A stretch of DNA of 64,000 nt from Clostridium sp. (GTDB taxonomy: Bacteria; Bacillota; Clostridia; Clostridiales; Clostridiaceae): the NCBI RefSeq assembly GCF_016650035.1, contig NZ_JAENWM010000004.1:5896-69895 (forward strand), written 5' to 3'. The notes below the pieces were generated by a model. That model saw nothing but the letters and a program-made list of their open reading frames with translations. It was not told where the DNA came from and searched no databases. The position numbers and the translations under genes are program-made. This document shows, piece by piece, positions 10,189 through 20,110 of this stretch. Each line of letters opens with the position of its first letter. The stretch's first letter is position 1.

Positions 10189-11382
10189 TTATTTTATTAT
10201 TTGCATTTCTCTACCAACTTTTGCATAAATAGATAATGATTCATCTAACATTTCCTTTGTATGAGCTGCCGTAGGCATATTTCTTACTCTTCCAGTTCCT
10301 TTTCTAACAGTTGGGAATACTATTGATTTTGCATAAACGCCTTCTTCAAAAAGTCTTTTACTAAACTCTTGAGTTTTAACTTCGTCTCCTATTATACATG
10401 GAGTAATCGGAGTTTCACTGTTTCCAATATCAAACCCAAGTTCTTTTAGGCCCTTCTTCAAATAATTAGCATTATCCCAAAGTTTATCATTAAGCTCAGT
10501 ACTTTCTGTAAGGATGTTAATAGCTTCAATAGCTGCACCTGCAGCTCCAGGAGTTAATGATGTTGAGAATAGGAACGGTCTTGCCCGAACCATAAGCCAA
10601 TCAATTAAATCCTTTGTTCCAGCTACATATCCGCCTACAGCTCCAATTGCCTTTGATAATGTTCCAATTTGGAAATCTATTTTATCTGATAAATTAAAGT
10701 GATGTACTGTACCTACCCCACCCCCGAGTACTCCTGAACCATGCGCATCATCTACATATGTTATTAAGTCAAATTCTTCTGCTATCTTAACAATTTCCGG
10801 AAGTTTTGCTATGTCACCGTCCATAGAAAATACACCATCAGTAATTACCATGATTTTTTCATATAAACCTGATTCTACTGCTTCTTTTGCCTTATTTCTT
10901 AAATCTACCATATCAGAGTGCTCCACTCTTATAATTTTCGCACCTGATAATCTACATCCATCTATTATTGATGCATGATTTAGTGAATCCGAGAGAATTG
11001 CGTCTTTTTTGCTCATTACTGCTGAGATAGCACCCATATTACAATTGAATCCTGACTGGAATGCAATAGCTGCTTCAGTGTGTTTAAATTTGGCAAGTTT
11101 TTGTTCTAAGTCTGTGTGAATTTCCAAAGTACCATTAATTGTTCTAACAGCACCTGCACCTGCACCATATTTCTTAGTTGCGGAAGTGGTAGCTTCAATA
11201 AGTCTAGAATTAGTTGCAAGACCTAAATAATTATTTGAAGAAAGGTTTATTAATTTTTTATCTCCTATTGTAATAACAGGCCCATTTGAACTTTTTAAAA
11301 CATTTATTTCATTATACAAACCTTTACTTTTTAAATCTTCTAAATTTTCTTTCAAGTATTTTCCTAGCATTTTACTTCCCAT
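10189..11382 (-). CDS. kbl: Glycine C-acetyltransferase (2-amino-3-ketobutyrate CoA ligase)
   Basis: [27 protein letters not shown] (PLP lysine); start set at ATG 11382 after a GGAGG RBS. Confidence 0.9.
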   Translation of the reverse strand: MGSKMLGKYLKENLEDLKSKGLYNEINVLKSSNGPVITIGDKKLINLSSNNYLGLATNSRLIEATTSATKKYGAGAGAVRTINGTLEIHTDLEQKLAKFKHTEAAIAFQSGFNCNMGAISAVMSKKDAILSDSLNHASIIDGCRLSGAKIIRVEHSDMVDLRNKAKEAVESGLYEKIMVITDGVFSMDGDIAKLPEIVKIAEEFDLITYVDDAHGSGVLGGGVGTVHHFNLSDKIDFQIGTLSKAIGAVGGYVAGTKDLIDWLMVRARPFLFSTSLTPGAAGAAIEAINILTESTELNDKLWDNANYLKKGLKELGFDIGNSETPITPCIIGDEVKTQEFSKRLFEEGVYAKSIVFPTVRKGTGRVRNMPTAAHTKEMLDESLSIYAKVGREMQIIK

Positions 11383-11747
11383 GGTAACATACCTCCAACC
11401 TTTTATTTTGTTAAAATAATAAATTTTCACCTTCGTTTTTTTAACAATTTCAGATTCTTAAATTCTAATAAAAAAACAAGATTTCAGCTTCCAAGCCAAA
11501 AACACTTTATACGGACCAGGATATAGCAGTAATGCTACAGGAAGTGGTTTTGAAAATGTGTATAGGGTTTGCAAGATAAAGTAGCTAACATAAACTTCCA
11601 GTTTATGTTAGGTCCTCAGAGATCATAGTAAAAATCGGAAGTTTTTACTTTCTATTTTTCATATTTATTATAGTAGTTGGATTAATTTTTACACAGTTTA
11701 TTTATAAGATATGGCTAAACAGCCTTAGCCCAATGGAATTTAGAGCT

Positions 11748-12665
11748 TTAGCCGTTTAAATTAATTTCATTATTTTCACAGTCTAACTGTGTTATCTTCA
11801 AAGGATTAACATGGACCATACAATGTTTAACCCTATTGTTCAGACCTTCTATATTATTATGAACACTCTCCGCAATATCATGACCTTCATAAACCGATAT
11901 ATCTCTATTAACACTTATTTCTACATCTACATATAATCTATTAGCACTTACTCTAGTCTTTAGCTCATCTAAAGTTATAACACCATTTGTATTTTCAATT
12001 GATTTTTTTATGTCAATAATGATATTTGTATCAGCGCTATGATCAACTAATTGATTAACAGCTTGTTTATAAATATCTATGGCTACTTTGGTTATTAAAA
12101 CACATATTAGTAATGCTGCAATTGGATCTAATATCGGATAACCCATTCTAGCTCCTGCAATTCCAACTACTGTTCCAATAGATGATAATGCATCGGATCT
12201 ATGATGCCAAGCTTCTGCCATAAGAGCTGAACTTTCAATTTTTTTAGCACCTTTAACAGTATATCTATACATCCACTCTTTAACTATTATAGAAAGTATA
12301 GCTGCATACAACGCAATTTTTTCCGGAATTATGGTTGTTCCATTTACAATGCTCTTAATACCATTGAATCCAATTAGTAGTGCTGTAATTAACAATATTG
12401 TTGCCACTATCTTAGCTACAACAGGCTCCATTTTTTCATGACCATATGGATGATCTTCATCGGCAGGTTTTTTAGCTAAATTCAACCCCAATATTACAAC
12501 TATTGAAGCTAGCACATCAGAAAGTGAGTGTATTCCATCAGCAATCATAGCTCCACTTCTACCTACAATACCTGCAAATAATTTAAATGTGGATAATAAA
12601 ACATTTAAAACTATTGATACCTTAGATATTTTGATACCAATCTTACATCTTTCTTCACTATTCAA
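11748..12665 (-). CDS. Cation diffusion facilitator metal exporter
   Basis: ADGIHSLSD (TM2 HxxxD), HPYGH, EAWHHRSD (TM5 HxxxD), C-terminal HVNP. Confidence 0.93.
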   Translation of the reverse strand: MNSEERCKIGIKISKVSIVLNVLLSTFKLFAGIVGRSGAMIADGIHSLSDVLASIVVILGLNLAKKPADEDHPYGHEKMEPVVAKIVATILLITALLIGFNGIKSIVNGTTIIPEKIALYAAILSIIVKEWMYRYTVKGAKKIESSALMAEAWHHRSDALSSIGTVVGIAGARMGYPILDPIAALLICVLITKVAIDIYKQAVNQLVDHSADTNIIIDIKKSIENTNGVITLDELKTRVSANRLYVDVEISVNRDISVYEGHDIAESVHNNIEGLNNRVKHCMVHVNPLKITQLDCENNEINLNG

Positions 12666-12711
12666 TTAACACACCTCTGCTTTAAATTGATATTTAATTT
12701 ATTTTTATACA

Positions 12712-12826
12712 AAGAAAACCCGTAGAACATTAAACTGTCCCACAGGTATATAATTCACCCTGTTGCAATTAAGGTCCAGCATCATGCACCTTTTTATAAG
12801 TTCACCAACTGCTTAGTTTGTACTGT
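12712..12826 (-). ncRNA. NiCo (czcD) riboswitch with terminator
   Basis: Minus strand reads AAACUAAGCAG..CAUGAUGCUGGAC..GCAACAG..CUGUGGGACAGUU, matching the recalled NiCo pattern; followed by hairpin CCUGUGGGAC/GUUCUACGGG and a U-run; lies upstream of a CDF gene. Confidence 0.8.
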
Positions 12827-12977
12827 AGGTATCAATGCGCTCAAAGAATATGGCGACATATTAACATATATAGTATTATATTTTAATGTTGTTTTTCTTT
12901 TTCAACGCTAAACTATTATTTTTTTGACAACTAATTTGATAATATTTCTTTTTTAATATTGCAGTAAAGTAATCGTC

Positions 12978-14759
12978 TTATATCACTGAGCTAATATATT
13001 TTGCATTGTCCTCATTAGAGTTGTTATTATTAACTACCTGTTTTTCAAAAATATCCCAATTTGGAATAAATGGCATAGAGACATCCTTTAACTCTGAACT
13101 CATTGAAGCAATTATTGTAGGCTTTAGCTTTAGGTCATCTAATTCGTTGTAATGATTTCCAAATATTTCATCAGGATTCCCATTAAGAACTACATTTCCA
13201 TGATTTACAACTATTACTCTTGTAGCATACTTGGCTACAACTTCCATATCATGGGTTACCATAATAAGAGTTCCTCCAAAATTATAAATAATCTCCTGCA
13301 TCAACTTCAACAAACTAGCAAGATTTTTTTCATCCAAACCTGTAGTGGGTTCATCGAGCATTATTATTTTCGGATTTGCAACTAACATTGTTGCTACAGC
13401 CAATCTTTGCCTTTGACCACGGCTTAGGGAGAATGGATGATCATTTTCTTTTGCTTTAAGTTCTACAATATCAAGGGCCTTATCTGCTTCCTTTCTAATT
13501 ACATCCTCTGGTAAATTTTTATCTCTTAACCCAAACTCAATTTCTTCTCTGACAGTATTACAAAACAGCTGATTATCTGGGTTTTGGAATACATATCCAA
13601 TATCTAATATTAATTTTGAAATATCAATATCTTTTGTATTTTTCCCATTTATAAATACATCGCCAGAGGTTGGTTTTAACAGCCCAAGTATGTTTTTCAT
13701 TATAGTGGATTTTCCGGAGCCGTTATGTCCAACTATTCCGAAGAATTCACCCTTATAAATATCAAAATTGACATCAAATAATGTTTGTTTTTTTGCTTCA
13801 GGATAAGTAAAGTTTACATGTTTAATTTCTGCAACCTTTTCAGTGCTTTTAATTGTATAATCCTTATACTTTATATCAGGTATTATCAACGATCTATTAA
13901 GAATAGCTTTCCTTGTAAGTTTCTTTAGAGTTTCCTTTTTTATCGGATAACCATCCTTTGCAGATATAATTCCTTGTTCTATGAGATATTTACCAAGTCT
14001 TATATGATCCGGAATTCTGACACCAATTTTATCAAGAAGTAAAAATTGCTCATAGAATATCTGGTCTGGCTTGCCATTTAGTATTATTTCTCCGTCATGC
14101 ATTACAATGACTCTGTCTGCAAATTCCAATAAATCCGTTAAATCATGTTCAATTACTATAAATGTAACATCGACTTCATTTTTAAGTTCCTGGAGTATAT
14201 CCATTACCTCTTGCTTACTTATAGGATCCAAATCCGTTGTAGGGTCATCTAGAATTATAATTGAAGGAAGCATAGCCAGATTACTGGCTATGGACACCTT
14301 TTGTTTTTGTCCTCCTGAAAGAGAAAATGTTAGATGTCTGCTGATATCCTCTATTCTAAGCTTCTTTAACGCATATTTAACCCTTTTAACAATCTCATCT
14401 CGTTTATAGCCCTGACATTCAACTCCAAATGCAACTTCATCATCCACTCTAATGGAGAATATCTGATCCTCCGGATTTTGAAATACCATGCCTATTTCCG
14501 ATGAAATCTCATGCATTTTTACATCCTGAGTGTTTTTTCCGTTAACTATTACATCGCCTTCTATATTGCCATTCGCAAGATGAGGTATAATTCCATTTAG
14601 GCACTTTGCAAGAGTAGTTTTCCCACTTCCACTCGAACCACACATCAATACAAATTCACCTTTGTTTATTTCAAAATTCAGATTATTTATAGCTTTTTTC
14701 TTCGCTAACGGATAGGTAAAACTAAGATTTTTAATATCTAATACTTTTTTAACTTCCAT
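12978..14759 (-). CDS. ECF transporter ATPase with two fused ABC domains (A-A')
   Basis: Two Walker A motifs (GSSGSGKT, GHNGSGKS), VFQNPEDQ/VFQNPDNQ Q-loops, LSGGQKQ and LSRGQRQ; start set at ATG 14759. Confidence 0.93.
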   Translation of the reverse strand: MEVKKVLDIKNLSFTYPLAKKKAINNLNFEINKGEFVLMCGSSGSGKTTLAKCLNGIIPHLANGNIEGDVIVNGKNTQDVKMHEISSEIGMVFQNPEDQIFSIRVDDEVAFGVECQGYKRDEIVKRVKYALKKLRIEDISRHLTFSLSGGQKQKVSIASNLAMLPSIIILDDPTTDLDPISKQEVMDILQELKNEVDVTFIVIEHDLTDLLEFADRVIVMHDGEIILNGKPDQIFYEQFLLLDKIGVRIPDHIRLGKYLIEQGIISAKDGYPIKKETLKKLTRKAILNRSLIIPDIKYKDYTIKSTEKVAEIKHVNFTYPEAKKQTLFDVNFDIYKGEFFGIVGHNGSGKSTIMKNILGLLKPTSGDVFINGKNTKDIDISKLILDIGYVFQNPDNQLFCNTVREEIEFGLRDKNLPEDVIRKEADKALDIVELKAKENDHPFSLSRGQRQRLAVATMLVANPKIIMLDEPTTGLDEKNLASLLKLMQEIIYNFGGTLIMVTHDMEVVAKYATRVIVVNHGNVVLNGNPDEIFGNHYNELDDLKLKPTIIASMSSELKDVSMPFIPNWDIFEKQVVNNNNSNEDNAKYISSVI

Positions 14760-14796
14760 GTAATATCCCCCCAATTTGAAACGATTAATCATTATC

Positions 14797-15606
14797 TTAT
14801 GGTACTACTAATGTGTTTATACCTAAACCTAGACCGTATCTTATATAGATTGATGCAACAATTAGAATAATTGTTACTACCAAAACTGTATAATCTATTT
14901 TATCTAATTTGAAAACCTGGTAATAATCTTTCCATGCTCTTTTACCAAATCCTTTGCTTTCAATTGCAAGTCCCATAGTTCTGCTCCTTCTGAGGGAGTT
15001 TATCATTAGAGGAAATGCTGCCATCTTAAAGGCTCTGAAGCTCCCTTTGAATCCCTTTTTATCTATTCCTCTGATTGTTTGGGCGGTTGAGATATTAGAC
15101 ATTTCCTCAGCAATCATCGGGAACATTCTTAAAGCTGCAAGCATCATAAAAGCCACTGTAAGAGGCATTTTCATTTTCATCATAGCCTTTGCAAGCTCAG
15201 CGGGGTCAGTAGTACATATTAATATCAAAACAACCAGAGATGGTAATGCAGATCTAAAACCAAGAGTTAAGCCTGAAATAAATCCAATATCAGTGGCTAT
15301 CAGTGGACCTAACTTAAAAAGTATTTTTTGACCAGGAATATTATAGTTATAGAAGGTAGCAAAAACAACTGCTGTGATACTAAAAACTAAAATTGCAATT
15401 AATAAGGGCAGTATAGACTTTATGTCTATACTGGCACTTATCCAAATAGGAGTAAGTATTAAAGCAATTGCAAGCAAGTACCTAATATCAGTAAATAAAA
15501 GTGGGATCATAACAAAAGATATTATAAATATCAATTTAACCCTTGGGTCCATTCTATGAATCCATTTATCTTTCTCATAATTTGATGCAAAATTCATTGT
15601 ATTCAT
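14797..15606 (-). CDS. ECF transporter T component
   Basis: MDPRVKL N-terminus, TTDPAEL, AQTIRG and AIESKG coupling motifs. Confidence 0.92.
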   Translation of the reverse strand: MNTMNFASNYEKDKWIHRMDPRVKLIFIISFVMIPLLFTDIRYLLAIALILTPIWISASIDIKSILPLLIAILVFSITAVVFATFYNYNIPGQKILFKLGPLIATDIGFISGLTLGFRSALPSLVVLILICTTDPAELAKAMMKMKMPLTVAFMMLAALRMFPMIAEEMSNISTAQTIRGIDKKGFKGSFRAFKMAAFPLMINSLRRSRTMGLAIESKGFGKRAWKDYYQVFKLDKIDYTVLVVTIILIVASIYIRYGLGLGINTLVVP

Positions 15607-15693
15607 AAGTTACCTCCAAATATATTTAAACAATTATTTTATATATCAAATAAATACTAAGGTGAGTTTTTAATATTTATTTTTTACTTAGAT

Positions 15694-16272
15694 TTAATTA
15701 ATAAGTGTGCTAATCTTTTTACCTATACCCAACCCCATCATAGTTCCAATTACCATACATACTACTCCTACTGCAAATGCAGCCATAACTAATGGCATTA
15801 CAACAGGAATCATAAATACGTATATTATCATAACAAAATTAAATACAAAGTATAAAACGTTATATATAACTGAATAGACAATCATATCAATAGTGCTGGT
15901 AAATATATCATCGGGATTGCTGAATGCCTTGCATCTAATAGCTAAATAAATTTCGGGTAATAGCGGAAGCAATACTATACATGCAAAGTAATGAGGTACT
16001 TCACCCTGCAGGAAGAAGTTAATGCAGACCCAGCCTATTGTAAAAAACACACCTGCATATTTTTTTCTAGTAACCACTAGACAAGAAACCAAACAGAATG
16101 AACTAAATAACATCATAAACGAGTGGTTAAATGGGAATACAACCCCAAATGTCTTAAATACTAAAAATAGAATTCTAATTAATGCAGCAAAAACAACGAC
16201 TGTTATTAAGTCAACAGCACTAAATGCTTTCCCCATTTTAACTCTGGTTTGATTTTTATTTGTTTGTTGCAT
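15694..16272 (-). CDS. Probable ECF S component (MptD-like)
   Basis: About 190 aa, about 6 hydrophobic helices, DLITVVVFAAL start of TM1; directly upstream of ecfT-ecfAA'; ATG 16272 after RBS GGAGGG. Confidence 0.7.
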   Translation of the reverse strand: MQQTNKNQTRVKMGKAFSAVDLITVVVFAALIRILFLVFKTFGVVFPFNHSFMMLFSSFCLVSCLVVTRKKYAGVFFTIGWVCINFFLQGEVPHYFACIVLLPLLPEIYLAIRCKAFSNPDDIFTSTIDMIVYSVIYNVLYFVFNFVMIIYVFMIPVVMPLVMAAFAVGVVCMVIGTMMGLGIGKKISTLIN

Positions 16273-16328
16273 TTTAAATCCCTCCATTTATTTATTTTAA
16301 CTCACCTTATTATTTACTTTTTCATTTA

Positions 16329-17441
16329 TTAGATATTTATTGTTGATTCAGAGTGACTATCCCCTACTGTTAAGGCATCATAGCAATTCCCATCTATTTC
16401 TTTTGAAGCAATTACATAATCCGATTTCGAGTAATTATCTGCAGCCCTTCTTACAGCGTAAAGGTTTTCATCTGCTGTCTTTGGGTCACATACACAGCCC
16501 GGTCCTATTATTAGGCCTTTTCCATCTACCATCTTAATTGCTTCAGTAACGTGTTTTTCAATCTGCTCTGGATTACTGTCCAACAGTATGCTGTTGTAAT
16601 GAAGTACTCCGTCAACAAAATAAGGAACTTCCTTGATTCCACCTAAAAAGCATTTACCGGTCAGCTGTCTTGCTTGTGCAAAGTCAGGTTTTGCATATCT
16701 GTCATGCCAATTAAGACAAGTACCGGGATAATTTTTTATTGTATTAAACATAATATTATCACCATGTATATGCATTGTATTAAAGTATGTCCTATCCTTA
16801 TAGGAATCAATTACCTTAAGGTCATAATACTCACAAAAGTTTTTATATGAAATATCATCCATTAAATCATAACTCGCAGTCTGTGTGGCTAAGAAAAATC
16901 CGTCCACACCTGCATTTATATTTTCTTTAATGAAGTTTTTAGTTGTCTGAGCTATTACTTCCAAAGCAGAACTTAATATTTTCGGATTTTCTTTCATATC
17001 ATTAAATATTCTATCTCCTGCAAGCTTTCTTGCTGTGCTAAAGGGACTGAATATAGTCTGTATTATAGGGGTATGTTTTTTTCTTAGTTTGGACACCTTT
17101 TGAGCCAACTGAAGCTGTTTCCCCCATGTTCCATACACAGCAGGCAATACTTCTAAATTATTCCAATCATTTATTGATTTAATAGGCCTATCCTCAACTA
17201 TTGGTTCCTTGTACTTGTCACAATATATCTTTATTTTTGCACCCCAATCCTGAATTGAATAGGTTCCGAATGGCATTAACTTTATAAAATCAAAATCGTA
17301 CCTTTCATTAAATGCCACCTGAGCTTCTGCTAAAGCCGTGGTATCTTGATCAACTTCAGAAAAATGCATCCATACACTGGCTGGAATTCTGTCAACTTCC
17401 TCAGAATTTAAAGCAGCTCTTATTCGTTCTTCTCTGTTCAT
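16329..17441 (-). CDS. URO-D/MtaA-fold protein of unknown reaction
   Basis: RIRAAL..DRIP N-terminus, IIQTIFSPFS, DGFF, MHIHG, C-terminal IIGPGC; lacks the UroD RQAGR motif. Confidence 0.8.
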   Translation of the reverse strand: MNREERIRAALNSEEVDRIPASVWMHFSEVDQDTTALAEAQVAFNERYDFDFIKLMPFGTYSIQDWGAKIKIYCDKYKEPIVEDRPIKSINDWNNLEVLPAVYGTWGKQLQLAQKVSKLRKKHTPIIQTIFSPFSTARKLAGDRIFNDMKENPKILSSALEVIAQTTKNFIKENINAGVDGFFLATQTASYDLMDDISYKNFCEYYDLKVIDSYKDRTYFNTMHIHGDNIMFNTIKNYPGTCLNWHDRYAKPDFAQARQLTGKCFLGGIKEVPYFVDGVLHYNSILLDSNPEQIEKHVTEAIKMVDGKGLIIGPGCVCDPKTADENLYAVRRAADNYSKSDYVIASKEIDGNCYDALTVGDSHSESTINI

Positions 17442-17475
17442 GATATATATCCTCCTTCTATACTAATTTTTATTT

Positions 17476-18501
17476 TTATGAAATAATATTTTCTTTAAAA
17501 ATGCTGACTCCAGCTTCTAAAAAGTTAATATTCAATACCAATCCAGCAAGCTTAACTAGTGCTTCTGAATACTTGGTGTCTATTCCAAGAACTTTACCAA
17601 GTTTCACTATTGGTACAATTCCATATGGTATATCCTCTGTTATATACCTATGTGACAAACTTGTTGGAGCCTTGCCTTTTATATAAATTTCATTTTTGTT
17701 AAGGGCATCATATAAATTGTCATATTTAATATCGAAAAAACTGTTAATTGATTCAAGAATTGATGGACAAGTAAATCCAATTCTTTCTGCAATTGATATT
17801 CTCTCTTTGTCTATGCCCTCAATATACGCTATTTCAGATTTGGATACCCCCTCACCATAAAAAGAAAAGTCCTGCCCCTCCTCTATTCTTGCAAGATTAA
17901 ATATCGTTAAAGGAACATGAATTACTGGATTTGTGGTGCTAATTGAAGTTTCATATATGCTGCTTACCTTTTTAAATTGTGGGAATATATTCTTTAAATC
18001 ATTTAATACAATATCCACATCATTAGAATTAATTGTACTTATTGTAATCTGTTTCTTAATTCCAAGAATATTAACCTTTCCAATCTCATATGCCTTTGCC
18101 ATAAAAAGCATAGCACCTGTTTCAGCTACTATTATTTCATTATCCTTTAAAAAATTCTTGTAATATTCCTTAGCTTCAAAAGCACCCCAATTACCATTAA
18201 AAATAATTATTTTTTGTCCCTTTTCCAAATAAGGCTTTATTGCTTTAAAAACATCCAGATGATTGTTTGCAAGAGTAGTAATTAAAATATATTCTGCATC
18301 TGCAAGCGCATCCTTATAATTGCTATAGGCATTTAAGTTAAAATGTCCTTCAATTTTCCCCTCGGAATATAGGCCCTCAGATCTTAATTTCACAGCTTTT
18401 CTCTCATCTCTTGTATATACTGTTATATCACATCCAAGCTCTGAAAGATATGCACCTGTTGCCATACCAATATTACCTGCTCCTATGACCGTAGCCTTCA
18501 T
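17476..18501 (-). CDS. NAD(P)-dependent opine/octopine dehydrogenase family
   Basis: VIGAGNIG Rossmann fold, VAETG, NPVIHVP, HRYITEDIPYGI. Confidence 0.88.
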   Translation of the reverse strand: MKATVIGAGNIGMATGAYLSELGCDITVYTRDERKAVKLRSEGLYSEGKIEGHFNLNAYSNYKDALADAEYILITTLANNHLDVFKAIKPYLEKGQKIIIFNGNWGAFEAKEYYKNFLKDNEIIVAETGAMLFMAKAYEIGKVNILGIKKQITISTINSNDVDIVLNDLKNIFPQFKKVSSIYETSISTTNPVIHVPLTIFNLARIEEGQDFSFYGEGVSKSEIAYIEGIDKERISIAERIGFTCPSILESINSFFDIKYDNLYDALNKNEIYIKGKAPTSLSHRYITEDIPYGIVPIVKLGKVLGIDTKYSEALVKLAGLVLNINFLEAGVSIFKENIIS

Positions 18502-18628
18502 TTTTTACCTCCCCAGCTCCAATATTTTTATTTATTCATATTAAAAAAATAAATTATACAAAACTACTGATTGTAATTAATAAATTACAATCGTTTTCAT
18601 TAAAAATTATTAAGAACATTAACAAATT

Positions 18629-18650
18629 TGTACTGTTGTCTTTACAACTT
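18629..18650. promoter_or_regulatory. Palindromic operator A upstream of the opine dehydrogenase operon
   Basis: TGTACTGTTGTCTTTACAACTT, core GTTGT-CTTT-ACAAC; 21/22 identical to 21998..22019. Confidence 0.7.
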
Positions 18651-18725
18651 ATGCATTTTTTATGACTAATATATCAAAATGGTATAAATATAAATTATTT
18701 TTGTAATTAAGTTAAAATATAATTA

Positions 18726-20027
18726 TCAAATTATATAATAATCCACTACACTTGGTTGCTCCTCAACCATTATTTCTATGATTTGTCCATCTATGTCCCC
18801 CATGCCTTTCATACATAATTCACCTAAGTTCTTTATTGAGGTTTCTGCATCATTTCCAACTATTCCATCAAAATCAGATATGATTGTATTATTTTTTGCC
18901 AGTTCTGCCTGTAAGATAGCTTCGGAAGATGCAGTTGATAGCTTAAATGCACATCCGCCTTTAGCACCATCACAAACCATTCCGGTAATATTGCCAACCA
19001 TATTTTTAATAGCTCCTACAATTTGTATATCATTGCATCCAATAAGCCAGGCCACTGATACACAGGCTCCAATTCCTGCTGCAACACTACACCCACAGAT
19101 TGGTGATAATTTACCTGTATATTCTTTGATATAAATAGTTATTAGATGACTAAATGCCAAAGCTCTTGCAAGTTTTTCATCATCGTATCCCAAATGCCTG
19201 CATATTATGCATGGCGGGATAATTGCTGTAATTCCATGATTTCCGCTTCCCGCACTACTCATTACCGGCCTATTTACACCTGCCATTCTTGCATCTGCTG
19301 CAGCTGCTGTGGCTGAACGTACTTCATTGAGTATTCCCTTATCTAAAATCCCACTATCCATAAGATCCTTAATTCCTGAACCTAAACCTGCGCCTGACTT
19401 ATTTTTAAGACCTATTTCAGCCATCTTCATATTAAGTTTTACACCTTCAAGTAGGAACTCAATATTTTCAAAAGGGACTGTTTCTATAAAATTTCTAAGT
19501 TCTTTAATAGTTAAATTTCCTATTTTACCTAAATCTACATTTTGTATTGTTTCATTTTTTTCAAATACCACTAAGCTGTTTTTTTCAACATATACAATAT
19601 TTGTATGTGAATCTTTAATAATACATTTCGCTTCCCCACGGTCACTGATTACTACAGCTTCTATGAAAAATTTCCCCTTATTTTCTTCAATTTTAATTTT
19701 TACTTTATTATCACCTACAATTCTCTTGGCAGTCGCTATAAAAATATCGTTTACATTTTTTAAAACTTCAAATTCCGATTCCGGTTCTCCACAGACAACA
19801 GCCAATGCAGCCACAAAAGTTATCCCTTTTTCCGTTGTCCCTGGGATTCCAACCCGCATACCATTTTTGTAAATATTCGGGCTTATCTTAACTTCAATAC
19901 TTTTAACTTCACCTCCTATTTGCTTATAAGCTTTAGAAACTGCTATAGCTACTGCCACTGGTTCCGTACAACCAAGTGCTGGTTTTACCTGATTCCTTAA
20001 GACATCTACAATTTTATTGAAATCCAC
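18726..20027 (-). CDS. cdsB: Fe-S L-cysteine desulfidase (CdsB/CyuA, serine dehydratase alpha-like)
   Basis: KPALGCTEP, SSAGSGNHGI, LSPICGC, GMVCDGAKGGCAFK motifs; GTG start. Confidence 0.85.
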   Translation of the reverse strand: MDFNKIVDVLRNQVKPALGCTEPVAVAIAVSKAYKQIGGEVKSIEVKISPNIYKNGMRVGIPGTTEKGITFVAALAVVCGEPESEFEVLKNVNDIFIATAKRIVGDNKVKIKIEENKGKFFIEAVVISDRGEAKCIIKDSHTNIVYVEKNSLVVFEKNETIQNVDLGKIGNLTIKELRNFIETVPFENIEFLLEGVKLNMKMAEIGLKNKSGAGLGSGIKDLMDSGILDKGILNEVRSATAAAADARMAGVNRPVMSSAGSGNHGITAIIPPCIICRHLGYDDEKLARALAFSHLITIYIKEYTGKLSPICGCSVAAGIGACVSVAWLIGCNDIQIVGAIKNMVGNITGMVCDGAKGGCAFKLSTASSEAILQAELAKNNTIISDFDGIVGNDAETSIKNLGELCMKGMGDIDGQIIEIMVEEQPSVVDYYII

Positions 20028-20057
20028 ATTATCACTCCTTTGCTTATATATTCATAT

Positions 20058-20074
20058 AGCAATTATAATGCCAA
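20058..20074 (-). promoter_or_regulatory. Sigma54 -24/-12 promoter of cdsB
   Basis: Minus strand TTGGCATTATAATTGCT (GG-N10-GC), about 30 nt upstream of the start codon. Confidence 0.9.
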
Positions 20075-20110
20075 CTATAAATTAGCGTATTGCTCATTTT
20101 TTGTTTCTAA

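Noticed and set aside
11430-11740. Glycine riboswitch or T-box ahead of kbl
   Set aside because: No GGAGA/CCGAAG/CUCAGG or GGTGG-ACC-CG motifs found.
16329-17441. Calling the gene hemE
   Set aside because: The RQAGR motif is absent and no haem biosynthesis genes are nearby.
16329-18501. Canonical staphylopine/pseudopaline metallophore cluster
   Set aside because: No nicotianamine synthase or histidine racemase gene, and the importer is ECF rather than Opp/Cnt type. Kept only as a loose analogy.
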